From the NCBI GenBank assembly GCA_965198315.1, contig OZ240616.1, positions 509,586-573,585 on the forward strand: 64,000 nucleotides of DNA, given 5' to 3'. Of the stretch, positions 37,800 through 45,603 are shown in pieces. The position numbers and the translations under genes are program-made. The first letter of the stretch is position 1; each line of letters opens with the position of its first letter. The notes below the pieces were generated by a model. That model made no database searches, was not told where the DNA came from, and worked only from the letters and a program-made list of their open reading frames with translations. Origin of the DNA: Candidatus Aldehydirespiratoraceae bacterium. GTDB lineage: Bacteria; Actinomycetota; Acidimicrobiia; Acidimicrobiales; Aldehydirespiratoraceae.

Positions 37800-39005
37800 T
37801 CAGTTTTTGGGGACGTCGGCCCAGGGGATCTTTTTGTCGACTCGGGGTTCGCCGGGTAGGCCGAGCATCTGTTCACCCATGATGTTGCGGAGTATCTCCG
37901 ATGTGCCGCCTTCGATTGAGTTGGCCCGTGCCCTTAAGAAGAGGTAGCCGAGGCTGCCGCTTTCGCCGGGCAGCACGACTGTGGTTGGGCGACGGAAGGT
38001 GTAGTCAAGGTCAATTTGGGAGGCCATGCCAGCGAGGTTGATGCCTTCGCTGTAGATCTCTTTGTTGAGTTCCGCCCCTGCCAGCTTGGCTACGGAGCCT
38101 TCGGGGCCTGGTTGACCCCGTTTGGCGTTTTGCACGGCACGCATGTTGGTGAGCCGCAGCACTTCGGCCCGGTTCCAGAGTTTCATCAAGTTGTCGCGCC
38201 GCGCGTCGGTGCGCTCGTAGTCAGGTAGTGAGTTCCAGACTTTCACGAGCTCGGAGATGGCGCCGCTGCCTCGGGGTGGGATGCCTCCGCCACCTGATCC
38301 GCCGATGACGGTTCGTTCGTTCATCAGTGTGGTGATCGATACTCGCCAACCTTCGCCTCGTTGTCCGATGCGGTCGGCGTCTGGCACGCGGACATCGGTC
38401 ATGTAGACCTCGTTGAACTCGGCTTCGCCGGTGATTTGGCGGAGTGGCCGCACTTCGACTCCTTCGGCGTGCATGTCGAGCGCGAAGTAGGTCATCCCTT
38501 TGTGTTTGGGCAGTTGTGGGTCGGTGCGGGTGACGAGCATTCCCTTGTCGGCGATGTGAGCGATGGTGTTCCAGACTTTTTGGCCGTTGACCAACCATTC
38601 GTCGCCGTCGAGTTCTGCTTTGGTGGCGAGACCCGCGAAGTCTGATCCGGCGCCTGGTTCTGAGAAGAGCTGACACCATTTCTCTTCGCCGGTGAACATG
38701 GGACGGAGGAAGCGGCGTTGTTGTTCTTCGGTGCCGTGGGCGAGGATCGTGGGTCCCGATAGCGCCATGAAGAACTGACTGGTGTCCATGGACGGAGCGC
38801 CGGCTTCGGCTAGTCGCCGGTTGACGTTGCGTTGCAGTTGCGGCCGCGCTCCCATCCCGCCGTGGCCGACCGGGAATTGGACCCAGGCCAGTCCAGCGTC
38901 GAATTGATGACCGCGAAACTCTTGATACGACTCTTGCATTGGGTCGTGCTCGGCTAGCAGGGCGTCGAGTGCTTCGTTGACTGCGTTGACTTCGCTATCG
39001 CTCAT
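37800..39005 (-). CDS. acyl-CoA dehydrogenase
   Basis: ACAD middle and C-terminal motifs (WCQLFSEPGAGSDFAGL, WLVNGQKVWNT, IEGGTSEILRNIMG). ATG 39005 is preferred over the ORF-track TTG 39026. Confidence 0.9.
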   Translation of the reverse strand: MSDSEVNAVNEALDALLAEHDPMQESYQEFRGHQFDAGLAWVQFPVGHGGMGARPQLQRNVNRRLAEAGAPSMDTSQFFMALSGPTILAHGTEEQQRRFLRPMFTGEEKWCQLFSEPGAGSDFAGLATKAELDGDEWLVNGQKVWNTIAHIADKGMLVTRTDPQLPKHKGMTYFALDMHAEGVEVRPLRQITGEAEFNEVYMTDVRVPDADRIGQRGEGWRVSITTLMNERTVIGGSGGGGIPPRGSGAISELVKVWNSLPDYERTDARRDNLMKLWNRAEVLRLTNMRAVQNAKRGQPGPEGSVAKLAGAELNKEIYSEGINLAGMASQIDLDYTFRRPTTVVLPGESGSLGYLFLRARANSIEGGTSEILRNIMGEQMLGLPGEPRVDKKIPWADVPKN

Positions 39006-39064
39006 AAGTGTCAGTTTGCCTGACAAATTCTCTTGCTGGCAAGCCGCTGGTACTCTGCGGTGCC

Positions 39065-39850
39065 ATGAGCTCCTTTGACGACTATTTTGCTGCCCATCAA
39101 GACCTGTTCGCGCATTACAACGATCTTGTCGGCCGTTTGAGCGACGAGCAGATGGCGGTGCAGTCGCTGTGCCCTGACTGGGATGTGAGGGGAGTCATCA
39201 ACCACGCCGTTGGTGCCGAGTACTGGATGACCGGTTGGGAGCCGTCGGATACGGCCCCGCCGCCTTTTGAGCGGTTCAGCGACTTTGATGCCCGCACCCG
39301 AGGTGCAAGCAGGTCTGAGTTCGCGCAGATTGTCGCCGAAACGACCGCAGCTCGTCTTGATGATCTGCGTGCCATGGGTCCGGAGGTACTTGATCGCCCG
39401 TCGTTCACCCCGGCTGGGATGTCTAGTTACGGCCGTTTCCTGCAGGTACGAGTGTTCGATATGTGGGTGCATTCCCGCGACATCGCAATCCCGCTCGGTG
39501 AGACTCTTGACGACTCGGGCTTCACCGCCGAAACAGCCCTGCAAGAGATTGACGACTCGATCGGCTACATCGTTGGCAAGAAGATCGGTTTGCCCGACCC
39601 GATGAGTATCGCTTTTCGGATCCGTGGGGCGGTTGACCGAGACATCCTGGTGCGTGTGGATGGCCGCGCGGGCCGGCTCTTTGAGCTTGATGACCCTGAC
39701 GTTGAGGTGTTTGCCGACGTCGCAACTTTTGTGATGCTCGCCGGCGGCCGGATTGACCCTCAGTCCCAGATCGATGCCAACAAGATTTCGTGGTCCGGTG
39801 ACGCTCACTGGGGTGAGACCGCAGCCCGCAACCTCGCCTACACCCAGTAG
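39065..39850 (+). CDS. DinB/maleylpyruvate-isomerase-like (mycothiol-dependent family) protein
   Basis: The N-terminus FAHYNDLVGRLSDEQMAVQSLCPDWDVRGVINH matches the DinB-type four-helix domain. The start is set at ATG 39065. Confidence 0.7.
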   Translation: MSSFDDYFAAHQDLFAHYNDLVGRLSDEQMAVQSLCPDWDVRGVINHAVGAEYWMTGWEPSDTAPPPFERFSDFDARTRGASRSEFAQIVAETTAARLDDLRAMGPEVLDRPSFTPAGMSSYGRFLQVRVFDMWVHSRDIAIPLGETLDDSGFTAETALQEIDDSIGYIVGKKIGLPDPMSIAFRIRGAVDRDILVRVDGRAGRLFELDDPDVEVFADVATFVMLAGGRIDPQSQIDANKISWSGDAHWGETAARNLAYTQ

Positions 39851-39874
39851 ATCAGCACCCCCTAGGAGGTAGCA

Positions 39875-40240
39875 GTGGCCAGAGTCAGCTCAATTGATCA
39901 TGTCCAGCTTGCGATGCCTCCCGGTGCCGAAGATCAGGTCCGGGAGTTCTATGCGGGTGTCCTGGGGCTGACCGAGGTGCCGAAACCGCCGGAGTTGGCC
40001 AAGCGTGGAGGGGCCTGGTTCGAGGGTCCCAGCATCAAGCTTCACCTGGGTGTGGAGCAAGAGTTTCGCCCTGCCCGCAAGGCCCATGTCGGTTTTCTTG
40101 TCGACGATGTTGCCGAACTGGTCGATATCTGCCGATCCCAGAACCTAGAGACCACCGACGTCAACGAGATCGACGGTTACCTCCGAGCCCACGTCTTCGA
40201 CCCCCTCGGCAACCGCCTCGAGTTCATGGAGCCCATGTGA
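39875..40240 (+). CDS. VOC/glyoxalase family protein
   Basis: 121 aa (IDHVQLAMPPG...FYAGVLGL..., HVGFLVDD, FDPLGNRLEF). AGGAGG lies upstream of the GTG start. Confidence 0.8.
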   Translation: MARVSSIDHVQLAMPPGAEDQVREFYAGVLGLTEVPKPPELAKRGGAWFEGPSIKLHLGVEQEFRPARKAHVGFLVDDVAELVDICRSQNLETTDVNEIDGYLRAHVFDPLGNRLEFMEPM

Positions 40241-40309
40241 GCCTCCAATTCGTCTCATCCACGGATTTCGTGCCCCTTGACGAGCGATGGTGCCGACGTG
40301 CTGCAACTC

Positions 40310-40657
40310 TCAGTTTTGGGACCAGATTTCATTCCTTGATACGAAGCGGGATGCCTCCCTCAGTTTGCGTTGGATGCTCTTGGGCTTGTCGCCACGCACG
40401 ATCGCATGAGCTGGGTTGTCCTCCTCGGGCTGGCTGACAACCTGTTGGTTGAGACTGCGTGCTGCCCCGGTGGGAAGCTCTGCGATACCAGCGCCCTCTT
40501 TGAGCGTTCTTGGCATCTCAACTTGGATGCTTGCGACATCTACAGACATCTCACGGCCGGTGAATGCGGCAGAGGAGACGCGCCCGTTTGTGATATGTGT
40601 CGGGTGGACGCGTCGCCACAAGAGTTCGTCGTCACCTAGACATTCGGCAGCGGTCAA
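40310..40657 (-). CDS. hypothetical protein (third gene of three-gene operon)
   Basis: 115 aa. The TTG start overlaps the upstream stop (TTGA). Sequence LLWRRVHPTHITNGRVSSAAFTGREMSVD...NPAHAIV has no motif I can assign. Confidence 0.45.
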   Translation of the reverse strand: MTAAECLGDDELLWRRVHPTHITNGRVSSAAFTGREMSVDVASIQVEMPRTLKEGAGIAELPTGAARSLNQQVVSQPEEDNPAHAIVRGDKPKSIQRKLREASRFVSRNEIWSQN

Positions 40658-41190
40658 GTGGTTTCTCGGCCTATTTCAGTGATGAGTTCTCGGAGTGTGG
40701 CCCATACCTCGCTCTGAGAGCCGACTGAATGCTCGGTCTCGGTGTTGTTCGGACCAACGATCAGTACTGACGCCGAACCCTCGGGTGGAATATCCACCTC
40801 GATCTCATAGTCGTTGCCTGTCCACTCGAGTTGGAGCCCTCCCTCGAATGTGGGCACGACCCAGGGAGCAGGCCCCTCGGTTCCGATGGCCTCAAGAACG
40901 TTCAGGGCTCGCTTCACGGCGTTTTCGTGCACGGCCTTTTCGCCGTAACCATTCCAGTTCTCACCAAGCTTCAGCAGTGTTTGAAACCGAGTGAATGTCT
41001 CACCGAACCATGGGCGCGCACGGAGTTCGCTCAAGACGGTGAGGCGGAGCACGGGCCGCGCGGAATCAAAAGGTGGTGGAGGACGAGAACCCGGAGTAAT
41101 CGTCTCGGACATCCCGGTCGTATCGCATGTTCTGTGATGAGATACCTGAGACAACTCGCTGGTCAACAAGGGCTGATTGGTAACCGTCAT
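40654..41190 (-). CDS. hypothetical protein with NWNGYG motif (second gene of three-gene operon)
   Basis: About 178 aa from ATG 41190 (ATGA overlap with the upstream stop). LKLGENWNGYGEKAV...PTFEGGLQLEW. Confidence 0.5.
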   Translation of the reverse strand: MTVTNQPLLTSELSQVSHHRTCDTTGMSETITPGSRPPPPFDSARPVLRLTVLSELRARPWFGETFTRFQTLLKLGENWNGYGEKAVHENAVKRALNVLEAIGTEGPAPWVVPTFEGGLQLEWTGNDYEIEVDIPPEGSASVLIVGPNNTETEHSVGSQSEVWATLRELITEIGRETT

Positions 41191-42002
41191 AAAGTTCGGC
41201 CCCATTTCGCGTGTGCGTCTGATGTCGTTGCGGATGTGAATCCTCGGACAATCCACTCGTGTGCCAAGTCCATGAAATCTAGTGCACCGTCGATGTCGGG
41301 TGATGATGCTCTCCCCCGAGAGGTGAGACGCAACACAAACAGTCTTTCACCACCGTCGCGGTCCGCTGTCCACCCTTCGATGTTGAGCCAGCCTCGTTTG
41401 TCGGGAAGGTGGAAGTGCAACAACATACGGCCATGAGGGTCTGTCGGCAGGAAGTCGTCACTCATAGTTCCGTTCCACGGCGCGATGAACTGCTTTGTAT
41501 CTTCGGCTGAATGCCACCCTTGGTCTGATCCGAGATGGTTGATGTACTGAGCTTCACAGATCGAGGGTTGCGGCATATCGAGATCAAGGTCATTGATACT
41601 CGCCCTCAACTTGCCCCAGGAATCAAGCAGAGCATCGCGGATGCTCCGATAGCGCTGGTAGGTGTCGTCGTCAGTCCCCTGTTTCCAGTTGACGACTATT
41701 CGATCCTGCTGTAATTGCACTACGCGGTCACCGGTTGCGTTTTGGAGCCATAGCCGCGGTGTCTCGATTTCGTCGCTTTCGTCCAACGTCAGATCGGGCC
41801 TGTCCGAGCCGAATCCCATTGTCGGAAGCGGCGTCCTCTCCTCTACGTTTGGGTAATCGTCCTCCCATCGGCGTGCGATTTCGGCTAAGTGATGTGCCTT
41901 GTAGCCGATAACCCTGTCAAGTTGGACCGCCAAGGCGACCTCAACCACAGGCGGGCGTTCGTATTCAGGAAGGCCCTGATCGTGTGTGGTCACCGACCGC
42001 AT
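41187..42002 (-). CDS. TIGR04255-like uncharacterised protein (first gene of three-gene operon)
   Basis: About 271 aa from ATG 42002 (the ORF track uses TTG 42050). The N-terminus EYERPPVVEVALAVQLD and the later AQYINHL resemble the TIGR04255 family pattern as I recall it. Confidence 0.55.
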   Translation of the reverse strand: MRSVTTHDQGLPEYERPPVVEVALAVQLDRVIGYKAHHLAEIARRWEDDYPNVEERTPLPTMGFGSDRPDLTLDESDEIETPRLWLQNATGDRVVQLQQDRIVVNWKQGTDDDTYQRYRSIRDALLDSWGKLRASINDLDLDMPQPSICEAQYINHLGSDQGWHSAEDTKQFIAPWNGTMSDDFLPTDPHGRMLLHFHLPDKRGWLNIEGWTADRDGGERLFVLRLTSRGRASSPDIDGALDFMDLAHEWIVRGFTSATTSDAHAKWGRTL

Positions 42003-42135
42003 CCTATTGCCAAGCCGCCCGATTGTTGGACATACGCCTGCGGAAGACAAAGGTAACTACCTGTCGAGTGTCCACTCGCTGGGTCCGGATCGCTCCATGG
42101 GCTCAGCTCGTCGGGGACCGGCCTTGGCGTGGGCT

Positions 42136-43299
42136 TTAGGGGCCGTTTGGTGGGTTGTTGGGGTTGATGATTTTGTAGCCGGTGTTGGTTTTGATGACTA
42201 CATAGCCGCGGTCGTGGATGTTGTGGTGGCACAGCGGGCAGGCCAGACACATTTTGTCGATGTCGGTGAGCCCGCCGTGTTGCCATGGGACGATGTGGTG
42301 GATTTCGCAGCGTTCGGGTCCGGCGGTGCTGTCTTTGCCTGTGCAGTGCCGGTCACGGGCGATGATGGCTTTGATTTGAGCCTCGGTGGCGTGTCGATGA
42401 TCGCGTCCCACCCAGATGGGTTGTCCTTCACCGTCAAACACGACTCCGGTGATAGCAGCGGTGCACATGAGCCGTTCCAACACGGTTTGCGGGAGTGCTT
42501 CACCCCCGACGATCTCAGCGACCCCGGTCGGGTTATCGCCGCGTAGGCGTTCAATGTCGGCTATGGCGATGAGTTGTGTGCGTGTGCTGCCGGGTCCGCG
42601 TCGTGCCGGGTTGGTCAACAACGCCACGAACGCGTCCGCCATACGCTGCGGCAGTGTGCGCACATCATCAGGGGAACCGTCGCGGCCGCCGTCGTCACGC
42701 CACAACCGGTCATATTCGACGTTGATTGCTTTGACCACCTGTTGATAGCTGGTCGGATCCAACTCAGCCAACAGCACACCCATGCCTTGTTCGTTGATCC
42801 AGTGTTTCAACAACCGGTTGCGGCGCTGTTGTTGATACAACTCGGCGCCGTCGTCGGGTTGGTTGCGGTTCACCCACCGCCGCGACTGTTCAGCAAACAC
42901 ATCAACAGACGAAGTCTCAGCAAGCTTCGACAACTCATCGTCAACTTGCCCAGCAGATGTCTTCCCAGCAGCTCCGACCGCGACCGCGGCGTGCTCTGCT
43001 GTGATCGCGCCTCCAGCCAACGCTTCAGCCAGTCTGGGCATCTCCGCGAGTCCAGCAGCAGTCTTAGCGACTGTGTTCGCGGCGCGAGTCGACATGCGCC
43101 CCGCCTCACGCAACACCGTCTTGGAGTTCACCCCGCCGTCATCGAGAGCTTCGATCTCAGTCGCGCACCGCGTCTGCAACGAACTCAACGCCGCTACAAC
43201 CCGCCCAGCACCCGCCACCAGACACTCCAACTCGCCACGGCAAAGCCCAGAAGTCACCACCTCCCGGGTCTGTTGGATCATCGAATCGAACATGACCAC
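42136..43299 (-). CDS. DUF222-type HNH endonuclease (mycobacterial 13E12-repeat-like protein)
   Basis: 387 aa with a long helical N-domain and then an HNH motif, CEIHHIVPWQHGGLTDIDKMCLACPLCHHNIH. The probable start is ATG 43293. Confidence 0.8.
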   Translation of the reverse strand: MVMFDSMIQQTREVVTSGLCRGELECLVAGAGRVVAALSSLQTRCATEIEALDDGGVNSKTVLREAGRMSTRAANTVAKTAAGLAEMPRLAEALAGGAITAEHAAVAVGAAGKTSAGQVDDELSKLAETSSVDVFAEQSRRWVNRNQPDDGAELYQQQRRNRLLKHWINEQGMGVLLAELDPTSYQQVVKAINVEYDRLWRDDGGRDGSPDDVRTLPQRMADAFVALLTNPARRGPGSTRTQLIAIADIERLRGDNPTGVAEIVGGEALPQTVLERLMCTAAITGVVFDGEGQPIWVGRDHRHATEAQIKAIIARDRHCTGKDSTAGPERCEIHHIVPWQHGGLTDIDKMCLACPLCHHNIHDRGYVVIKTNTGYKIINPNNPPNGP

Positions 43300-43824
43300 A
43301 ACCTAGTCAAAGGGTGTGACACTGTATGATATAAAACATCACAGCACAGCAGTAAACTCCACTAATCTGCCGTGTTCGGTGAGTCCCACAAGCCACACGG
43401 TTACCACTTCGACCGGCCAGTCCCGCAGTCCAGGGCTTGGGGGGGCTTCAGCGCCGTCCGCGGAACTACGTCCTGATTGACAGTCAACGGGGGAGTCCAG
43501 CGTTGGCAAGGAGGAGGATGCCGTTGGTGGTGTTGGTTGGGGTGACCCGGCTGGGTCCGGTGCTGGTGGCTTGGTTTGGGTGGTCGATTCTCGCAAGGGT
43601 TCATACATGGATTGTCGGGTCGAACAGCAGAGGCCGGCGAGAACTCCCGAGCGGATGATCGAAGAGAGGAAGGCAGTGGCCTCAATGCGTGACGCGAGGT
43701 GGTCGCCGCCGAACACAGAAGCGCTGCAGACCTGGGGCGAGATCGAAGACGGTGTCGCAGCAGACGCTTCCGAGGGTGACGGGAAGCTCTGACGTGCCAG
43801 TGCAGCCGCTGAGATCCTAAAACA

Positions 43825-44538
43825 CTAAAACAGCGGTGGCTCTGGGCCGTGGTCGCAATTTACCGGGCTACAAATGCCGCAACGGTCAAGCTCCCACGTG
43901 TGTTTCTTGAGGCAAGCCGCCAAAGGGGGACTAGTCGAGAACTCTGGGTGGAAGTGGCGGCCAATCACAACTGGCAGAAGAACATTCGCTTCGATTTCCG
44001 TGAGTGCGGCGTGAGCAGCGGTGATGTTTCTACCTCTAGTGAACGTATCGTCCAAGAGCAGAACACGCTTCGCCTTCAAGTCGGTGGGCGCCCTGTAAGT
44101 CGGTGAGCCACCTGTGTCGGTATACGTAAGCGCTACGTGGAGCTCACGAAGGTCGGGGAGCTTCTTCACAATGCCCCAAACCGCATCCCGCCTACTTGAC
44201 GGGACCGTAACAACTGCGTCGTACCGACCACCAATGCACTTGTGGTGGTTGTGCAAGAAGAGATGAAGCAACGCCGCGAGTTGTAGTGTGAAGACCTTCT
44301 TCTGCTCCGTGTTCCCGTCTTTGTAATTGCGAAGACGGTGGTGGAGAGCTTTACCGTCAATCGACATCGATATTGGAAGCACCTCCACGATGCCCTCGTC
44401 CTCACATCGGTAGCAGCGTTCATACCCAGGATTAGCACCGCTGCGACACGTACTGCACACGAGGGGTTGGGCTGCGGCAATTGGCACCAATCCCGACTCC
44501 AAGCGTTCGAGGTAGCGCTTAGGATTCAGATTGGTCAT
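43825..44538 (-). CDS. ComF-type phosphoribosyltransferase-domain protein (ShosT-like candidate)
   Basis: 237 aa from ATG 44538 (ATGA overlap with the DprA-like stop). N-terminal Cys pairs CSTCRSG..CYRCE and PRPP loop VLLLDDTFTRGRN. Confidence 0.75.
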   Translation of the reverse strand: MTNLNPKRYLERLESGLVPIAAAQPLVCSTCRSGANPGYERCYRCEDEGIVEVLPISMSIDGKALHHRLRNYKDGNTEQKKVFTLQLAALLHLFLHNHHKCIGGRYDAVVTVPSSRRDAVWGIVKKLPDLRELHVALTYTDTGGSPTYRAPTDLKAKRVLLLDDTFTRGRNITAAHAALTEIEANVLLPVVIGRHFHPEFSTSPPLAACLKKHTWELDRCGICSPVNCDHGPEPPLF

Positions 44539-45464
44539 ACGAAGACGGCGCTGTCGTCGACGGCCAGATCGGCTTCTAGCTCCTTCACAATTTGGTCGGC
44601 GTCGTCGACCACCGTGGTGTTGAGCGATTCCGACTGCATCTGCTGGGCCCACGACTGAGATGTGACAAGGGAATTAACTAGAAAGACTTGCTTGCCGTGC
44701 CTGAGCGCGGCCTGAGCCTGGAGCCGGGCTCCCGAACTCTCCGACGCTTCCACCACGACAGTGGCGAGTGCCAATCCCGAACCGGTGAGGTTGCGTGCCG
44801 GGAACGACCAACGCCCTGTACGCACACTGGGAAGGAACTGCGACACGCAAGCGCCCTGGGCGGTGATCTGTCGAGCCAGAGAGCGGTTCGCGGCGGGATA
44901 GATTTTGTCGATCGGCGTACCAAACACAGCAATAGTTCGTCCGCCCGCATTGAGTGATGCCGCGTGGGCAGCAGTGTCTATTCCCTTAGCCAAACCGGAA
45001 ACAACCGTATAGCCGCGCGCAACCAGCCCTTCTGCAACGTTCTGAGCCAGATCGAGTCCGGCCTTGGATGCCTCACGGGTTCCGACGACCGCCACCGCTC
45101 GGTGATCTTCAGCCTCCAGGCGTCCTTGAACGAACAACAGCGGTGGCCCGTCATGAACCAGCTTGAGATTGATCGGATAGCGGCTGTCTGTACTGGTGAT
45201 CAATTCCACGCCCGCGTCGCGGAGCCGGGACAATTCGTCTTCCCACCAGTCTCTGTTAGATTCGCCGTGACACAGAGCGTCTTCCAACCAGCGCCGGTCA
45301 GCTGCGTCGAGTTGGTCGCCGTCAGAATCAAAGGCAAGTTCGTCGAGCAAAAAAGTCAATCGACGCATAGCTGATCCGTTCATAAACGGAACCAAGTGTT
45401 CGCACGCTGCCAACAGAAGCGGTGGGTCCTTAACGAGATCCGACAAAATCACAGGCACGATCAT
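44535..45464 (-). CDS. DprA/Smf-like DNA-processing Rossmann protein (ShosA-like candidate)
   Basis: 309 aa from ATG 45464. DprA core AVVGTREASKAGLDLA, VVSGLAKGIDTAAHAASL, TIAVFGTPIDKIYPAANRSL, FPARNLTGSGLA, VVEASESSGA. The 430-aa ORF-track version runs into the sulfatase gene. Confidence 0.85.
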   Translation of the reverse strand: MIVPVILSDLVKDPPLLLAACEHLVPFMNGSAMRRLTFLLDELAFDSDGDQLDAADRRWLEDALCHGESNRDWWEDELSRLRDAGVELITSTDSRYPINLKLVHDGPPLLFVQGRLEAEDHRAVAVVGTREASKAGLDLAQNVAEGLVARGYTVVSGLAKGIDTAAHAASLNAGGRTIAVFGTPIDKIYPAANRSLARQITAQGACVSQFLPSVRTGRWSFPARNLTGSGLALATVVVEASESSGARLQAQAALRHGKQVFLVNSLVTSQSWAQQMQSESLNTTVVDDADQIVKELEADLAVDDSAVFV

Positions 45465-45603
45465 CAGGTCCTTTTTGTGGGCGGCGCAGGTCGCTGAGAC
45501 ACACAGCGTTGCTCGAAACAACTGTATACACGGGCTATGACACTGACAGCGATATCTGTGGTCCTTCGTCGTGGTGATCGTCTTGGTTTGGTGCCCGTTG
45601 CCG

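Noticed and set aside
43339-43792. ORFs 43339-43716 (-), 43437-43658 (+) and 43571-43792 (+) in the spacer upstream of the DUF222-HNH gene
   Set aside because: They overlap one another, are partly Pro-rich or low-complexity, and have no SD or motif. The region is left unassigned (see finding).
40241-45603. Search for integrase, transposase, tRNA or att-like direct repeats bounding the island (also around 55830-58200)
   Set aside because: I recognised none by eye. The mobile-element call is therefore not made, and only the compositional and contextual evidence is reported.
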